From the IMG/VR virus record IMGVR_UViG_3300034108_000367, positions 1 through 30,688 of that record: a stretch of DNA of 30,688 nt; one strand, written 5' to 3'. Shown in pieces: positions 10,157 to 18,760 of this stretch (positions are counted from its first letter, which is position 1; every line of letters starts with the position of its first letter). The notes beneath the pieces were generated by a model that did not search any database, was not told the origin of the DNA, and saw only the letters and a program-made list of their open reading frames with translations. This DNA comes from a virus. Its lineage: Duplodnaviria; Caudoviricetes. Position numbers and translations under genes: made by a program.

Positions 10157-10624
10157 ATGGCTTTATTTTTTAAGGGTCGCCCTTATACGGGGTGGAATGG
10201 TAATAGTAAGGGCAAGTTGAAAGGTACTGAAAAGTTCAAGGATTGGGTTGTGTTCTTGAATGGTGGCAAGATTAGGAATCTTGGTACGTGGAATGTTCGT
10301 CAGATGCGGAAGCATGCTAAGCCTAGTATTCATGGTACTGGTCGTGCTATTGACTTGCGTTACGCAAACCGTGAAGACGGTTTGGCGTTAATGGATTTCT
10401 TGGTGCGTCATTCTGAGGCGTTTGGTTTGGAATATATTGGTGATTATCTTGGTGGTCCTTTTGGTCGTGGCTGGCGCTGTGATCGTGATGGGTGGCAGGT
10501 GTACAAAAAATCCACCATTGGTAGTGGTGGATCGTGGATTCATGTTGAGTTAAGCCCTGCCGTAGCCAGCGATGCTGACTACGTGGACGCTGTGTTTGCT
10601 TGTTTATTGAAGCCTGTTAAGTAA
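10157..10624 (+). CDS. Putative endolysin, Zn peptidase M15-like fold
   Basis: R..SIHGTGRAID (SxHx6D) and WIHVE motifs; GGAGG RBS; last gene of the virion block. Confidence 0.75.
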   Translation: MALFFKGRPYTGWNGNSKGKLKGTEKFKDWVVFLNGGKIRNLGTWNVRQMRKHAKPSIHGTGRAIDLRYANREDGLALMDFLVRHSEAFGLEYIGDYLGGPFGRGWRCDRDGWQVYKKSTIGSGGSWIHVELSPAVASDADYVDAVFACLLKPVK

Positions 10625-10867
10625 CTATTCCATTCGTAACTGCAGTATTTCTACTACTGTTGTTACGAATGACATTAGTTCTAGCATTGCCATAATGTTT
10701 CCTTCTGTCGCATTCATGTAGGTGCTGATGAATGCTTCTGCCCCACTATGGGGGATGAGTAGTTTGATCTCATAGAAGGTATCTGAGTCTGATTCTATTT
10801 TGTTTGCTCGTGCTTGAAGGTCGGCAAGGTCTTGAGGATCAAACGAGTTTAGGAATTCGTCGCTCAT
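10625..10867 (-). CDS. Hypothetical protein, 80 aa
   Basis: MSDEFLNSFDPQ...; ATGA overlap with the upstream gene; stop abuts the lysin stop. Confidence 0.7.
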   Translation of the reverse strand: MSDEFLNSFDPQDLADLQARANKIESDSDTFYEIKLLIPHSGAEAFISTYMNATEGNIMAMLELMSFVTTVVEILQLRME

Positions 10868-11055
10868 GGCTGGCACTCATCTTGGTTGAAGCGGTAGATG
10901 GGGATGCAGGGATCATCGTACTCTTCGTATAGTTCTTCTTCTTCTGCTGTCAGGTATCCATCGTGGGTTGCGCAGTAGAAACTGATCCACCCTTTTCTCA
11001 TGCCGTGTTGTATCCATGAGTATCTGTCGTCGTAAACGTTTTGTGGGTCATCCAT
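10864..11055 (-). CDS. Hypothetical protein, 63 aa (C/H residues, possible metal binding)
   Basis: WIQHGMRKGWISFYCATHDG..DDPCIPIYR; overlaps both neighbours. Confidence 0.7.
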   Translation of the reverse strand: MDDPQNVYDDRYSWIQHGMRKGWISFYCATHDGYLTAEEEELYEEYDDPCIPIYRFNQDECQP

Positions 11056-11131
11056 TTTTATCTTCTTTGATCATGGATGCGATAAGAATAAAGTTGATTA
11101 CGAGGCTTGCGATTACCATTACGTCATACAT
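11048..11131 (-). CDS. Small single-TM peptide, 27 aa
   Basis: Manually translated MYDVMVIASLVINFILIASMIKEDKNG; fills the operon gap. Confidence 0.45.
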   Translation of the reverse strand: MYDVMVIASLVINFILIASMIKEDKNG

Positions 11132-11264
11132 GTTTTTTGCTTCTTCCTTTTTCTATTGCTGGAATAGTTTTTAGTTTCACATCATAGATGCATGCTAGGT
11201 GTGCCTTAGGCACTCCTAGCCTTACTGATTCACGTACTAGTTCATCTAGTAGTTCATCAAGCAA
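11124..11264 (-). CDS. Small hypothetical protein, about 46 aa (TTG start)
   Basis: Manually translated MLDELLDELVRESVRLGVPKAHLACIYDVKLKTIPAIEKGRSKKHV; overlaps both neighbours; start uncertain. Confidence 0.4.
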   Translation of the reverse strand: MLDELLDELVRESVRLGVPKAHLACIYDVKLKTIPAIEKGRSKKHV

Positions 11265-11457
11265 TGTCAGGTTCGTCCGCTGATACAACGAAGTCTCCCT
11301 TTACTCGGTCTGCGATTGAACCAATCTTGTCAATGATTGTTTGATCTTCATTGATTTCGGCTAACCATAGGACTGTTGCGATGGCTAGTGCAGCGACATC
11401 AGTGAACTCTAGTGGCTTTAGTTCTTTGGTTGTTTCTTCTTTTGTTTCTTCGTTCAT
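11257..11457 (-). CDS. Hypothetical protein, 66 aa
   Basis: MNEETKEE...; GAGG RBS; coupled to the upstream stop. Confidence 0.65.
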   Translation of the reverse strand: MNEETKEETTKELKPLEFTDVAALAIATVLWLAEINEDQTIIDKIGSIADRVKGDFVVSADEPDIA

Positions 11458-12224
11458 TTTTCCTCGCTTAGTTGTAGATTGAATGTTTCGTTCCATACCA
11501 TCATTGCGATGGTTGCGTATCCTACTAGGTCTTGCCATGTGTCTACTAATGCTTCGTTCTTAGGACGATGTCCTTCTTCTACGAGTGTTAGTAGTCGTGC
11601 GATCTTGTCGCACATTCTGATTGCGATTCCTGTTAGACCAAACAGGTTGATGTTGTTATGTCCGTAGTCTCGTTGTTTGTTGACTAAGAGTTTGTGCATT
11701 GAGTCTGCTTGCCAAATGCCATCGTGTTTAAGTTGTGCGCAAGCCATGTCTCCTACGTCACCGATGAGTTCTAGTGGGACTTCTATTTGTGATCGTACGC
11801 ATTGTGCGAGTCGTTTCTGCATTCCTTCTATTTGTGTGAGGATTGCAGGATTGGTTGGTATGAATGAGTTCATGTCATCAATGATTGCTCTTGATGCTTC
11901 TTCCCATGTTGTGAACATTGTGTACCTCATGTTGATTGAGTGGTCGTTGATTAGTAGTCGTTCTAGTTCTGCCATTGCTTTCTTGGATAGTCGCCATGCG
12001 TGAGGTTTGCTCACGCCTAAGCGCCCACCTAGTTGGCTGTATGAGACACCTTCGTAGAAGATTGCTTCAATGCAGAACTTTGATTGTGGTCCTAGTTTAT
12101 CTATTGCGTCTTGGACTGCTTCAATGTGTGATGTGTCTTCGGGATCAAACACGTCACCGTTTTGAAGCATTCGTTCTGCTTCTGTTGTTGGCTTTGCTGC
12201 GAGTAGATCAAGGTTGAATGTCAT
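11454..12224 (-). CDS. Sigma-70 region-4-like HTH fused to DUF1599 (Nmad1) domain
   Basis: N-terminal AIDKLGPQSKFCIEAIFYEGVSYSQLGGRLGVSKPHAWRLSKKAMAEL fits sigma-4; C-terminal KQRDYG..GIAIRMCDKIARL..EALVDTWQDLVGYA fits DUF1599. Start MTFNLD is inferred. Confidence 0.75.
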   Translation of the reverse strand: MTFNLDLLAAKPTTEAERMLQNGDVFDPEDTSHIEAVQDAIDKLGPQSKFCIEAIFYEGVSYSQLGGRLGVSKPHAWRLSKKAMAELERLLINDHSINMRYTMFTTWEEASRAIIDDMNSFIPTNPAILTQIEGMQKRLAQCVRSQIEVPLELIGDVGDMACAQLKHDGIWQADSMHKLLVNKQRDYGHNNINLFGLTGIAIRMCDKIARLLTLVEEGHRPKNEALVDTWQDLVGYATIAMMVWNETFNLQLSEEK

Positions 12225-12672
12225 GGCGTATCGGCTCTGTTGGGAAGTAGTCAATGTGGAGTGCGAAGTATGGTTTGTTGTTGTCGGGGAATCTGTCAAC
12301 GACACCGAACTTGTGGAATGCTTTAACCCATTCGGCTAGTGGGGCTACCCAATAACGTTTCTTACTTGAGTCCCATATCCATAGGTTGACTGGTCCTACT
12401 GCTTGCCATACTGACATTGATGTCAGTTTGTCAAAGCGTGTCTTGAGCATGCTGTCGCCTCGTGAGGCGCATCCCATGACTTCGTATAGACCATCGGGGA
12501 GCATGTAGTCGGGGGCGTAACGCATTGTGTCTCGCATGTGGCGTGTATCAAACGTTGGGCGTAGCATCCCCAGCCTGTGGGCTGTGGGGTGAACAGATTC
12601 AAATGCTGTCTCTGCTGTGTCGCCCATTGTTTTAAGTCGTGTTGACCACGGCTGGTTCTTGTATGTACTCAT
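12208..12672 (-). CDS. Hypothetical protein, possible PD-(D/E)xK-fold nuclease-like
   Basis: GDTAE..YAPDYMLPDGLYEVMG resembles E..PD..ExK but has M in place of K; ATGA coupling to rusA. Confidence 0.5.
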   Translation of the reverse strand: MSTYKNQPWSTRLKTMGDTAETAFESVHPTAHRLGMLRPTFDTRHMRDTMRYAPDYMLPDGLYEVMGCASRGDSMLKTRFDKLTSMSVWQAVGPVNLWIWDSSKKRYWVAPLAEWVKAFHKFGVVDRFPDNNKPYFALHIDYFPTEPIRHDIQP

Positions 12673-13085
12673 GCTTTGATCGCAGTCAACTTGACGACTT
12701 GTGAGTCGTCTTTCCAAGCAACACCGTTCAATCCATCTAGAATGGTTTTAACATAGTTGTCTATGTCGCCACGTAAAGATGATTTGGTTTCAATGTCAAT
12801 TCGTTCTACGATGATTGCCATTCCTTCTTTGTCAACGACAATGTGGACAGCGACTTCACCTTCAAAGACTGGACCATCCCATGCTGCAGCGATTTCTTTT
12901 TCTGCTTGAATGGTTTTGGCTGGGGTGTACATGAATGTTTTGCCAGCCTTGGACACTGCTGCCCGTGGTCGTTCTTTAGGGTGTGGTCTTTGTTCTATGA
13001 AGATTGAGTGTGACCGTACGCTCTTACCAGTAACTTCTCCAGTTCCAGTCGTCCCGTCTCGCCTCGCATCAGATATTTTCCCCAT
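12669..13085 (-). CDS. rusA: RusA-like Holliday junction resolvase
   Basis: PHPKERPR..YTP and GDIDNYVKTILDGLNGVAWKDDSQV catalytic signature. Confidence 0.9.
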   Translation of the reverse strand: MGKISDARRDGTTGTGEVTGKSVRSHSIFIEQRPHPKERPRAAVSKAGKTFMYTPAKTIQAEKEIAAAWDGPVFEGEVAVHIVVDKEGMAIIVERIDIETKSSLRGDIDNYVKTILDGLNGVAWKDDSQVVKLTAIKA

Positions 13086-13891
13086 CTTAAATCAGCATCC
13101 TCCAAGATACTCATAGCATCCTCAGGATTGAGTGATGCTTTACGGCATTCGTGTGCAAGGTGTGTCAACGTGGTTGACCTGTCACGTCCTTCAATAGGTC
13201 CGTCTCTGAAGATGGCTCTACCTAGTGGTGTCAGTTGCCTTGCTGCTTGTGCCATGTCGTGTGACGGTGCTCCTACAGTAATTGTGGCTACTTTAGGTGG
13301 CTGGTAGTAGTCTGCTATCTCGGCTACTTTTGTTGGTGTCACTCTTGTGGCAATCGCTTCGGGAACAAACTCAGATAAACTGATCTTGTTTCCTTCACGA
13401 TCTACCATGTATCGTACACCATTACCATAGTCAGGGTACGGTAAACGAACATAGTTACCTAGTTGTCCAACGTTAAGTGTTTCTTGTTTCGGGTTTACTT
13501 CTTTGGGGTTGAGTCCTGTGACTTGGTGCGCTGCAAGGAACATGCGTCGCATGTCTCCTGCGAGCATCAGTTCTGTACCGAACACCCAAATGTGGTAGCC
13601 ACGACGAGTCTTCTCAACCCATGATGGTATGCCTACTGCTTGAAATGCATCGTGTAATGACCATGCTTCTTCGGGAGCATCGTAGTCAATGTCTGTGCAG
13701 CCCCACACGCATTGTGTTTGACCATTGTGTGACAAGCATGGATAAACACCGATGAATGGACCGTTGGCTAAATGGTTTTTGAAATGGTCGGGAGTCAAAG
13801 GTGATCTGACACACCCACCTTCCCATGAACCATAAGCATCGCCACGTCCACGGAATAGTGTGACAAATCCTTTAAGGATTTCGTCATCCAT
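12995..13891 (-). CDS. Archaeo-eukaryotic primase (prim-pol, TOTE-primase-like)
   Basis: FRGRGDAYG, IGVYP, GCTDID (motif I), KTRRGYHIWVF (motif II), GNYVRLP; PriCT-like GRDRSTTL tail; GAGG RBS before MDDEIL. Confidence 0.85.
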   Translation of the reverse strand: MDDEILKGFVTLFRGRGDAYGSWEGGCVRSPLTPDHFKNHLANGPFIGVYPCLSHNGQTQCVWGCTDIDYDAPEEAWSLHDAFQAVGIPSWVEKTRRGYHIWVFGTELMLAGDMRRMFLAAHQVTGLNPKEVNPKQETLNVGQLGNYVRLPYPDYGNGVRYMVDREGNKISLSEFVPEAIATRVTPTKVAEIADYYQPPKVATITVGAPSHDMAQAARQLTPLGRAIFRDGPIEGRDRSTTLTHLAHECRKASLNPEDAMSILEDADLRWGKYLMRGETGRLELEKLLVRAYGHTQSS

Positions 13892-14939
13892 TGCCGACCT
13901 CACGTAGGAACTGAGAAGGCAACTCACCATCACGTAAACGAGTGAGACGACCTGATCCTTGTTCAATCTCAAAGTCAATGTCATCAATAAGATTGCCAGC
14001 AGGACGCTTGTTCTTCACAAGGTTGAGTGTCAACGTATGTGAATGGATGCGTGACTCGTAACGTAAGTTGTCTAGTTGTTCCATAGCACGCTCTGATGCT
14101 GTTGACTTATCTAGTTTGGCTTCAAGTTCACGTATCTGTGACTCAATCTCAAACCGCTTACGACGCACACCAATGATGTGTGTCGCTTGCTGCTCGCCAC
14201 CAAACGATCCTGATGAGATCGTCAGGCGCTTACCATCAGATCCTGATGAGCGTGAAGTCTGATGCAGCACCAAAAGTGGTACGTCATGTCGTCGCCCCCA
14301 AGCCTTCATCGTGTTGGCTTTAGATGGTACGTCTTCCCCTCCACCTTGGAGTAGTTCAAGATAGTCAAAGACGACAAGGTCGGGCTTCTGTCCCCACATG
14401 TCAGAGACTTCAGACATGGCTTTCTCCATATCGGAGAGAGCCATAGGCTGGTCAAGAACAGCGAGGGTTGGGAAGTGTTCGTTTGCTGTCTGCTTCAATA
14501 AGTCAATTGCCTCGGTGTCGTCCATTGCGATGAGGCGTTCAAGATCTGCTGCGTTCACGCCGTGTGTAACACAGGCGAGTTTAATTAATACGAGTGTACG
14601 TGGTTCGTCAGGTACAAAATAAATAATGTTCTTGTTGCTATTAGCCTTCAACATTTCCAGCAACGTTAATGTCTTACCACTATGACTGTACCCAATGACT
14701 AGACACATCTCTCCTGCAGCGATGCCACGCATCTCACGATCAAGATCATTGAACCCTGTGTAGATACGTTCGTGTGGTGACTGCGCCCAACGTACAAACT
14801 CATCTGCTGCTTCTTCAAGAGGATGATAGTAAGTATGTCCTTTGTGTTCTGATACGGGGGAAAGAGATGGGGACGATTGCTCGTCCCCATCCTTCAATGC
14901 TTTCCACTTCGCAGAAAAATCTACGGTGGGTTCTGTCAT
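13884..14939 (-). CDS. DnaB-like (SF4) replicative helicase
   Basis: IYTGFNDLD, Walker A GYSHSGKT, Walker B VVFDYLE, LVLHQTSR, GGEQQA, LVKNKR. Confidence 0.9.
   Translation of the reverse strand: MTEPTVDFSAKWKALKDGDEQSSPSLSPVSEHKGHTYYHPLEEAADEFVRWAQSPHERIYTGFNDLDREMRGIAAGEMCLVIGYSHSGKTLTLLEMLKANSNKNIIYFVPDEPRTLVLIKLACVTHGVNAADLERLIAMDDTEAIDLLKQTANEHFPTLAVLDQPMALSDMEKAMSEVSDMWGQKPDLVVFDYLELLQGGGEDVPSKANTMKAWGRRHDVPLLVLHQTSRSSGSDGKRLTISSGSFGGEQQATHIIGVRRKRFEIESQIRELEAKLDKSTASERAMEQLDNLRYESRIHSHTLTLNLVKNKRPAGNLIDDIDFEIEQGSGRLTRLRDGELPSQFLREVGNG
14866..14891 (-). terminator. 11-bp GC-rich hairpin with GCAA loop, putative internal terminator/attenuator
   Basis: Minus strand GATGGGGACGA-GCAA-TCGTCCCCATC followed by TCTTT, 45 nt after the stop of 14936-15406. 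Confidence 0.55.
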
Positions 14940-15406
14940 GATGCACTCTTGGGTGGCCAAAATGCTGCTGGCTCTTGACCGTCAACAGCGTCTGCCTGCT
15001 TGAACCAAGGACGCTTTGTGCCAACTGCTTGGTCACGGTTGTCCCATACACGACCCACGCCTGCCTTCTTGCATGCGCTGACCAACCAGTTAGGAAGATC
15101 GCCGTGTTGCTTGCCAGCGACGACAAGTGTGCCACTGCTCATTGCTTGTGGTGCTGCAGCCTTGGTGAATGTGGGCTTAGGTGCTTCAACTGCTTCTTCC
15201 ATAGTTGAGTTAGGGAATGTCTGCTGAAGCATTTCAACACCGTGGTCTGAGTTGAAACCATGTGCATTGTTGAGGGCTTCGCTTACTGCATCAAAAGCGA
15301 TGAGCCACTCAGTAATGTTATGCATGGTGTTGGTGTCCTTCACAACAAGTTCGGCTGCGATCTTTGCAGCCACCTGAGTGACAATGGATTGGTCTTTGCT
15401 GATCAT
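14936..15406 (-). CDS. Hypothetical protein, possible ssDNA-binding/recombination accessory
   Basis: MISKDQSIVTQVAAKIAAEL..VWDNR..KRPWFK..FWPPK; lies between nuclease and helicase. Function from position only. Confidence 0.5.
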   Translation of the reverse strand: MISKDQSIVTQVAAKIAAELVVKDTNTMHNITEWLIAFDAVSEALNNAHGFNSDHGVEMLQQTFPNSTMEEAVEAPKPTFTKAAAPQAMSSGTLVVAGKQHGDLPNWLVSACKKAGVGRVWDNRDQAVGTKRPWFKQADAVDGQEPAAFWPPKSAS

Positions 15407-16233
15407 TTTAGTGATCCTTCCTGTGGTTGTATATCTGATGAAGTTAACTTGCTTCCCTTGCATATTGACCAGTATGAGCACCAAGTCTGACTACACAAAT
15501 AGTGTGTGTCATTCTTGGTCCACGACTGATCTGTGCCGAGGAGGAGTGCCTGCCTAATGAAAGGTCTGACAATCTCTTTAAGCCAATCGGCATGGCTCTC
15601 GTTACGATGGACCGACAGTATTTGTGCCGATCCTCCACGAACTAAAATTCCGTACTTGAATGTTGCTGGGTATTCAAGCCACTCATTTGCGACTGCTGCT
15701 GCAGCGTACATGGTTGGCTGTACTGCTTGTGATTGCTTGTCACGTTGATTGTATTTTCGGGCTGCAGTTTTCCAGTCCCAAATACCAGTCGTCGTTAGAC
15801 AATCCATTGTACCAATGCCATGGACCTTCACTGTGTTATCGCCCAAAATAAATTCGTCCATAGGGAAAGTAAATGATTTTTCTACGGCGACAACTTCGCC
15901 AACGTGGGGCAGAATGTTCTTGTCAAATTCTGTTACGAGTTCGTGGACGAAATCGTAGAGTTGTTCGTTGGTGTACTTGACACGGTTGAATGGTTCGTCA
16001 AGGAGTTTGTTTAACTCTGCGAGTCCAACCTTAATACCTTCACCCTTGCCTTCAAGGATGCTGGCGATGCCAGCATGGACTGCAGTGCCTAGGATGGTTG
16101 CATCGTTGGGCATGTTCCACTCTGACCTGATCATGCCTTGGCGACCACGCTCATTACACATGAGCGCATCACCAATCCAAGACTGGCGTACGTAGACGTT
16201 GGTTGTGCCATCGTCATCTATTTGAATCTTCAT
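15403..16233 (-). CDS. PD-(D/E)xK exonuclease, Cas4/AddB-like with putative Fe-S cluster
   Basis: N-terminal C..GTAVH, GTMD..WDWKT, QPTMY, C-terminal CSQTWCSYWSIC. Confidence 0.85.
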   Translation of the reverse strand: MKIQIDDDGTTNVYVRQSWIGDALMCNERGRQGMIRSEWNMPNDATILGTAVHAGIASILEGKGEGIKVGLAELNKLLDEPFNRVKYTNEQLYDFVHELVTEFDKNILPHVGEVVAVEKSFTFPMDEFILGDNTVKVHGIGTMDCLTTTGIWDWKTAARKYNQRDKQSQAVQPTMYAAAAVANEWLEYPATFKYGILVRGGSAQILSVHRNESHADWLKEIVRPFIRQALLLGTDQSWTKNDTHYLCSQTWCSYWSICKGSKLTSSDIQPQEGSLK

Positions 16234-16676
16234 AGTTCTTCTTTCAGTTGGCGGTGCAAGCGTGCTGCATGAGCAGGAACGAGATCCATTCCCCACATCA
16301 CAGTTACTAGCACTCTTATTTGAGTTGCTGTTGAACCTTGCTTTACTCTACGTCGCAGTTCAGTCATTTGTTCTTCAGTGAAATTAAGTTTGCGTTCGGT
16401 GCGACGACGATTAAGTTCAGCGCCAGTCAACCTAGCAGTACGAGTGAGAACTATCCACTCGTCATGGAACATGACTTGTGCTTGAAAGAACTGCACCATT
16501 TTCTCATCTGTCCAAGGTGTACCAAGGTCTAAGTATTCTGCAATCTCTAATCCACACCAGCCTTCGTTAACTGGATCTACTTTGATCTGCGTTGGAGTCT
16601 TCACGACGACATCGCAGAGGCATTCAATGCTATGTCCGACGACATTGCATGTTTCAGGTTTTACTTGTGGTGGCAT
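16230..16676 (-). CDS. Hypothetical protein, possible C-terminal DNA-binding helical domain
   Basis: 148 aa; AAGGAG RBS directly after a palindrome copy; N-terminal C/H cluster and basic C-terminus. Confidence 0.65.
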   Translation of the reverse strand: MPPQVKPETCNVVGHSIECLCDVVVKTPTQIKVDPVNEGWCGLEIAEYLDLGTPWTDEKMVQFFQAQVMFHDEWIVLTRTARLTGAELNRRRTERKLNFTEEQMTELRRRVKQGSTATQIRVLVTVMWGMDLVPAHAARLHRQLKEEL

Positions 16677-16712
16677 TTCATCTCCTTTAATTTGAAATTA
16701 AATAGGTACTGT

Positions 16713-16744
16713 ATCCAATCCGATCACTCCGTGTCGGATTGGAT
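16713..16744. other. Intergenic 11-bp inverted repeat
   Basis: ATCCAATCCGA-N10-TCGGATTGGAT, extendable by flanking GTACT/AGTAC. Confidence 0.7.
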
Positions 16745-16819
16745 CTAGTACTCGTGCTAATCCCCGTTAGGGATAGTATACACATTGAATTGGTCAACAT
16801 GCATAATACCTGCTCACGG

Positions 16820-16963
16820 CTACTTTTTTGGTTTGGGTATTTCTTTCATGTGAGGGTGACCCCGATGCTTTGCACATGTCGGTGCTGATTTCAAAGGCAC
16901 ATGAGTAATGATTGTCGCTGCGCATTTCTCACAGAACCACCACTTCTTGTCGTCGCTAGTCAT
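16820..16963 (-). CDS. Small Zn-ribbon-like protein, 47 aa
   Basis: Manually translated MTSDDKKWWFCEKCAATIITHVPLKSAPTCAKHRGHPHMKEIPKPKK (CxxC..CxxH); ATGA coupling. Confidence 0.65.
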   Translation of the reverse strand: MTSDDKKWWFCEKCAATIITHVPLKSAPTCAKHRGHPHMKEIPKPKK

Positions 16964-17208
16964 TGAGGTAGAAACCTTTGCTCTAGGTCTAACGTGTCTA
17001 GGATTGAATCAGCAAGGCGTACTGCTACGTCTTGCTCATCAACTGAATGGACTTCAACTGCTTCGTCTTCATCATCATCTTCGTCCGTTGTCTTTAGCAC
17101 GCAGCCAGTGAATGATGAACTGAAGTCAATTACTTTGTCAATCAGTTCACCATCCTCCCCGACTACGATGTGGACAATGGGTGAAAATGTAACGTGATAT
17201 ATTTTCAT
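16960..17208 (-). CDS. Acidic hypothetical protein, 82 aa
   Basis: AAGGAG RBS before MKIYHVTF; contains DEDDDEDE run. Confidence 0.75.
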   Translation of the reverse strand: MKIYHVTFSPIVHIVVGEDGELIDKVIDFSSSFTGCVLKTTDEDDDEDEAVEVHSVDEQDVAVRLADSILDTLDLEQRFLPQ

Positions 17209-17219
17209 GTTATCTCCTT

Positions 17220-17441
17220 TTAGAATACTGATATTGAATAGTTGTCCCAAGTGAAAATCGTTGTGGCATCTACATGCCATAACGTGAAGCCCTCTTCGTC
17301 AACCTCTAGCAGTTCACCGCAAGCGATCTCTTCATCAGAGTCAGAGTGGTTGATGCATAGATGTTTACCGATAAGGTTTTCCATGATGGTGATGATGAGT
17401 GCATACTCACTGTATGTGTAGGTGAGTCTGATGGTCATCAT
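17220..17441 (-). CDS. Hypothetical protein, 73 aa
   Basis: ORF track; ATGA overlap with the upstream gene. Confidence 0.65.
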   Translation of the reverse strand: MMTIRLTYTYSEYALIITIMENLIGKHLCINHSDSDEEIACGELLEVDEEGFTLWHVDATTIFTWDNYSISVF

Positions 17442-17638
17442 GCACTCTCGTACAGAAGGCTAAGAATTTCTTCTTGAACTGCAACGAGGTTACGCATATC
17501 TGCACTTGATTCTTTACCGTACTTAGAGTCAGGACCGTACTTGGTCATCTTGCTAATCAGGTTTTGGATTGCGATGCCGATGGTTTTATGAAGTGATTCC
17601 ACTTCTTGCAACGACAGGGTGATAGATAACTCTTTCAT
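17438..17638 (-). CDS. Hypothetical protein, 66 aa
   Basis: AAAGGA RBS after a palindrome copy. Confidence 0.75.
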   Translation of the reverse strand: MKELSITLSLQEVESLHKTIGIAIQNLISKMTKYGPDSKYGKESSADMRNLVAVQEEILSLLYESA

Positions 17639-17675
17639 TTGTTTCCTTTGTTTGTGTGTTTAATTTGGAATTAAA

Positions 17676-17709
17676 TGGGTGGCAGGGCAGGGGGCTACCC
17701 CACCACCCA
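17676..17709 (-). terminator. 15-bp stem-loop, putative terminator or processing site
   Basis: Minus strand TGGGTGGTGGGGTAG-CCCC-CTGCCCTGCCACCCA pairs fully with G-U pairs; followed directly by TTTAATT of the palindrome. Confidence 0.65.
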
Positions 17710-17714
17710 CAGCA

Positions 17715-18716
17715 TTATGCGAAGGTACTAACAGCCTTCGCAGTAAGTGGGAAGTCATCACGAAGCAGGCGACGAATCGCAGCAACGTCACGACTATTGT
17801 TGCGAACAACTGAGCGATGTTGTTCATAGCCTTGGACAGCCATGACAGCATCAAACGCTGTCTCTCCACGAGTCTTCTCGTTCCACTCGGCAACGATGCC
17901 ATCCCAAGCAGTGTCATACATAGTCTGACTACGACCAGCCTCAGATGGACGTGACCCAATGACAGCAGGGATGACACGCTGTGTGAGCATGCGCTTGTCT
18001 GCCTCAATATCTAGAAGGCGATTGATCTCAAGATCAAACTGATCAAACGAGGTCATCATCCCTTCCAAAGATTTGATTGCAGAAGTAGCGATGTCACTAG
18101 CGTTACGAGTGTGACGAATAGTGAACCCAGTGTCAGCACTCCAAGGAGTGAACGTGTTCTGACAGACCCAAAGGTTACTCATGTACTTGACAGCGAGAGG
18201 ATAAGTCCCATTGTGCGAAGTATAGAGACCCATGTAGCGAGTCATCTTGTCAGTCTCGTCACCATCCTTGCGAACTACCTTGACCATGTCACGGAATTCA
18301 ATGACAAGGAAGATGACCTGCCCACCCCATAGTTCCACAGCAGACACAGGGAACGCATCACCACGTGCTTGCATGATGACATCTGTATACTGACCGAGCA
18401 CTTCGTTCTGCACTGTGCCGTACTTGTTGCTGTGCATACCAAGGATGCTTTGCTTGTCGGTGCGAATGATTGCAGCATGTTGATCAGCGTTCTCCTGAGT
18501 TAAACCCAACTCTGCAAGAGTACACTTCTCTACCTGCCAGTTCAATCCAGCAGTGACTAAGAGTTCGTCGCCAGTACGAACGCTGTCACTGATCTGAGTC
18601 TTCAGACCAACAACCTCACCCTTACTGTTACGACTCTCACCGAGTCCATGCCACGGCGCAACACGGAACGCTCCGCTAGTCACACCACCCAATACGCCTG
18701 TTCTATCTTCACCCAT
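17715..18716 (-). CDS. DUF932/DUF945-family phage protein
   Basis: APWHGLG, AGLNWQVEK, LGMHSNKYGTVQNE, YTSHNGT, VCQNT, IRHT signatures; AAGGAG RBS. Confidence 0.85.
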   Translation of the reverse strand: MGEDRTGVLGGVTSGAFRVAPWHGLGESRNSKGEVVGLKTQISDSVRTGDELLVTAGLNWQVEKCTLAELGLTQENADQHAAIIRTDKQSILGMHSNKYGTVQNEVLGQYTDVIMQARGDAFPVSAVELWGGQVIFLVIEFRDMVKVVRKDGDETDKMTRYMGLYTSHNGTYPLAVKYMSNLWVCQNTFTPWSADTGFTIRHTRNASDIATSAIKSLEGMMTSFDQFDLEINRLLDIEADKRMLTQRVIPAVIGSRPSEAGRSQTMYDTAWDGIVAEWNEKTRGETAFDAVMAVQGYEQHRSVVRNNSRDVAAIRRLLRDDFPLTAKAVSTFA

Positions 18717-18760
18717 TTTAATTTCTCCTTTTGTTGTTGTTTAATTTGGAATTAAATTAC

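Noticed and set aside
10135-10157. Lysin GTGATG start as another leaderless late promoter
   Set aside because: No GTAAC box at -22 and a normal GGAGG RBS is present.
11194-11220. 12-bp hairpin as the terminator for the convergent operons
   Set aside because: No U-tract on either strand, inside a probable small ORF and about 570 nt from the convergence point.
15403-16233. Cas4 as evidence of a CRISPR system
   Set aside because: Stand-alone Cas4-like nucleases are common in phage replication modules and no other cas gene is present.
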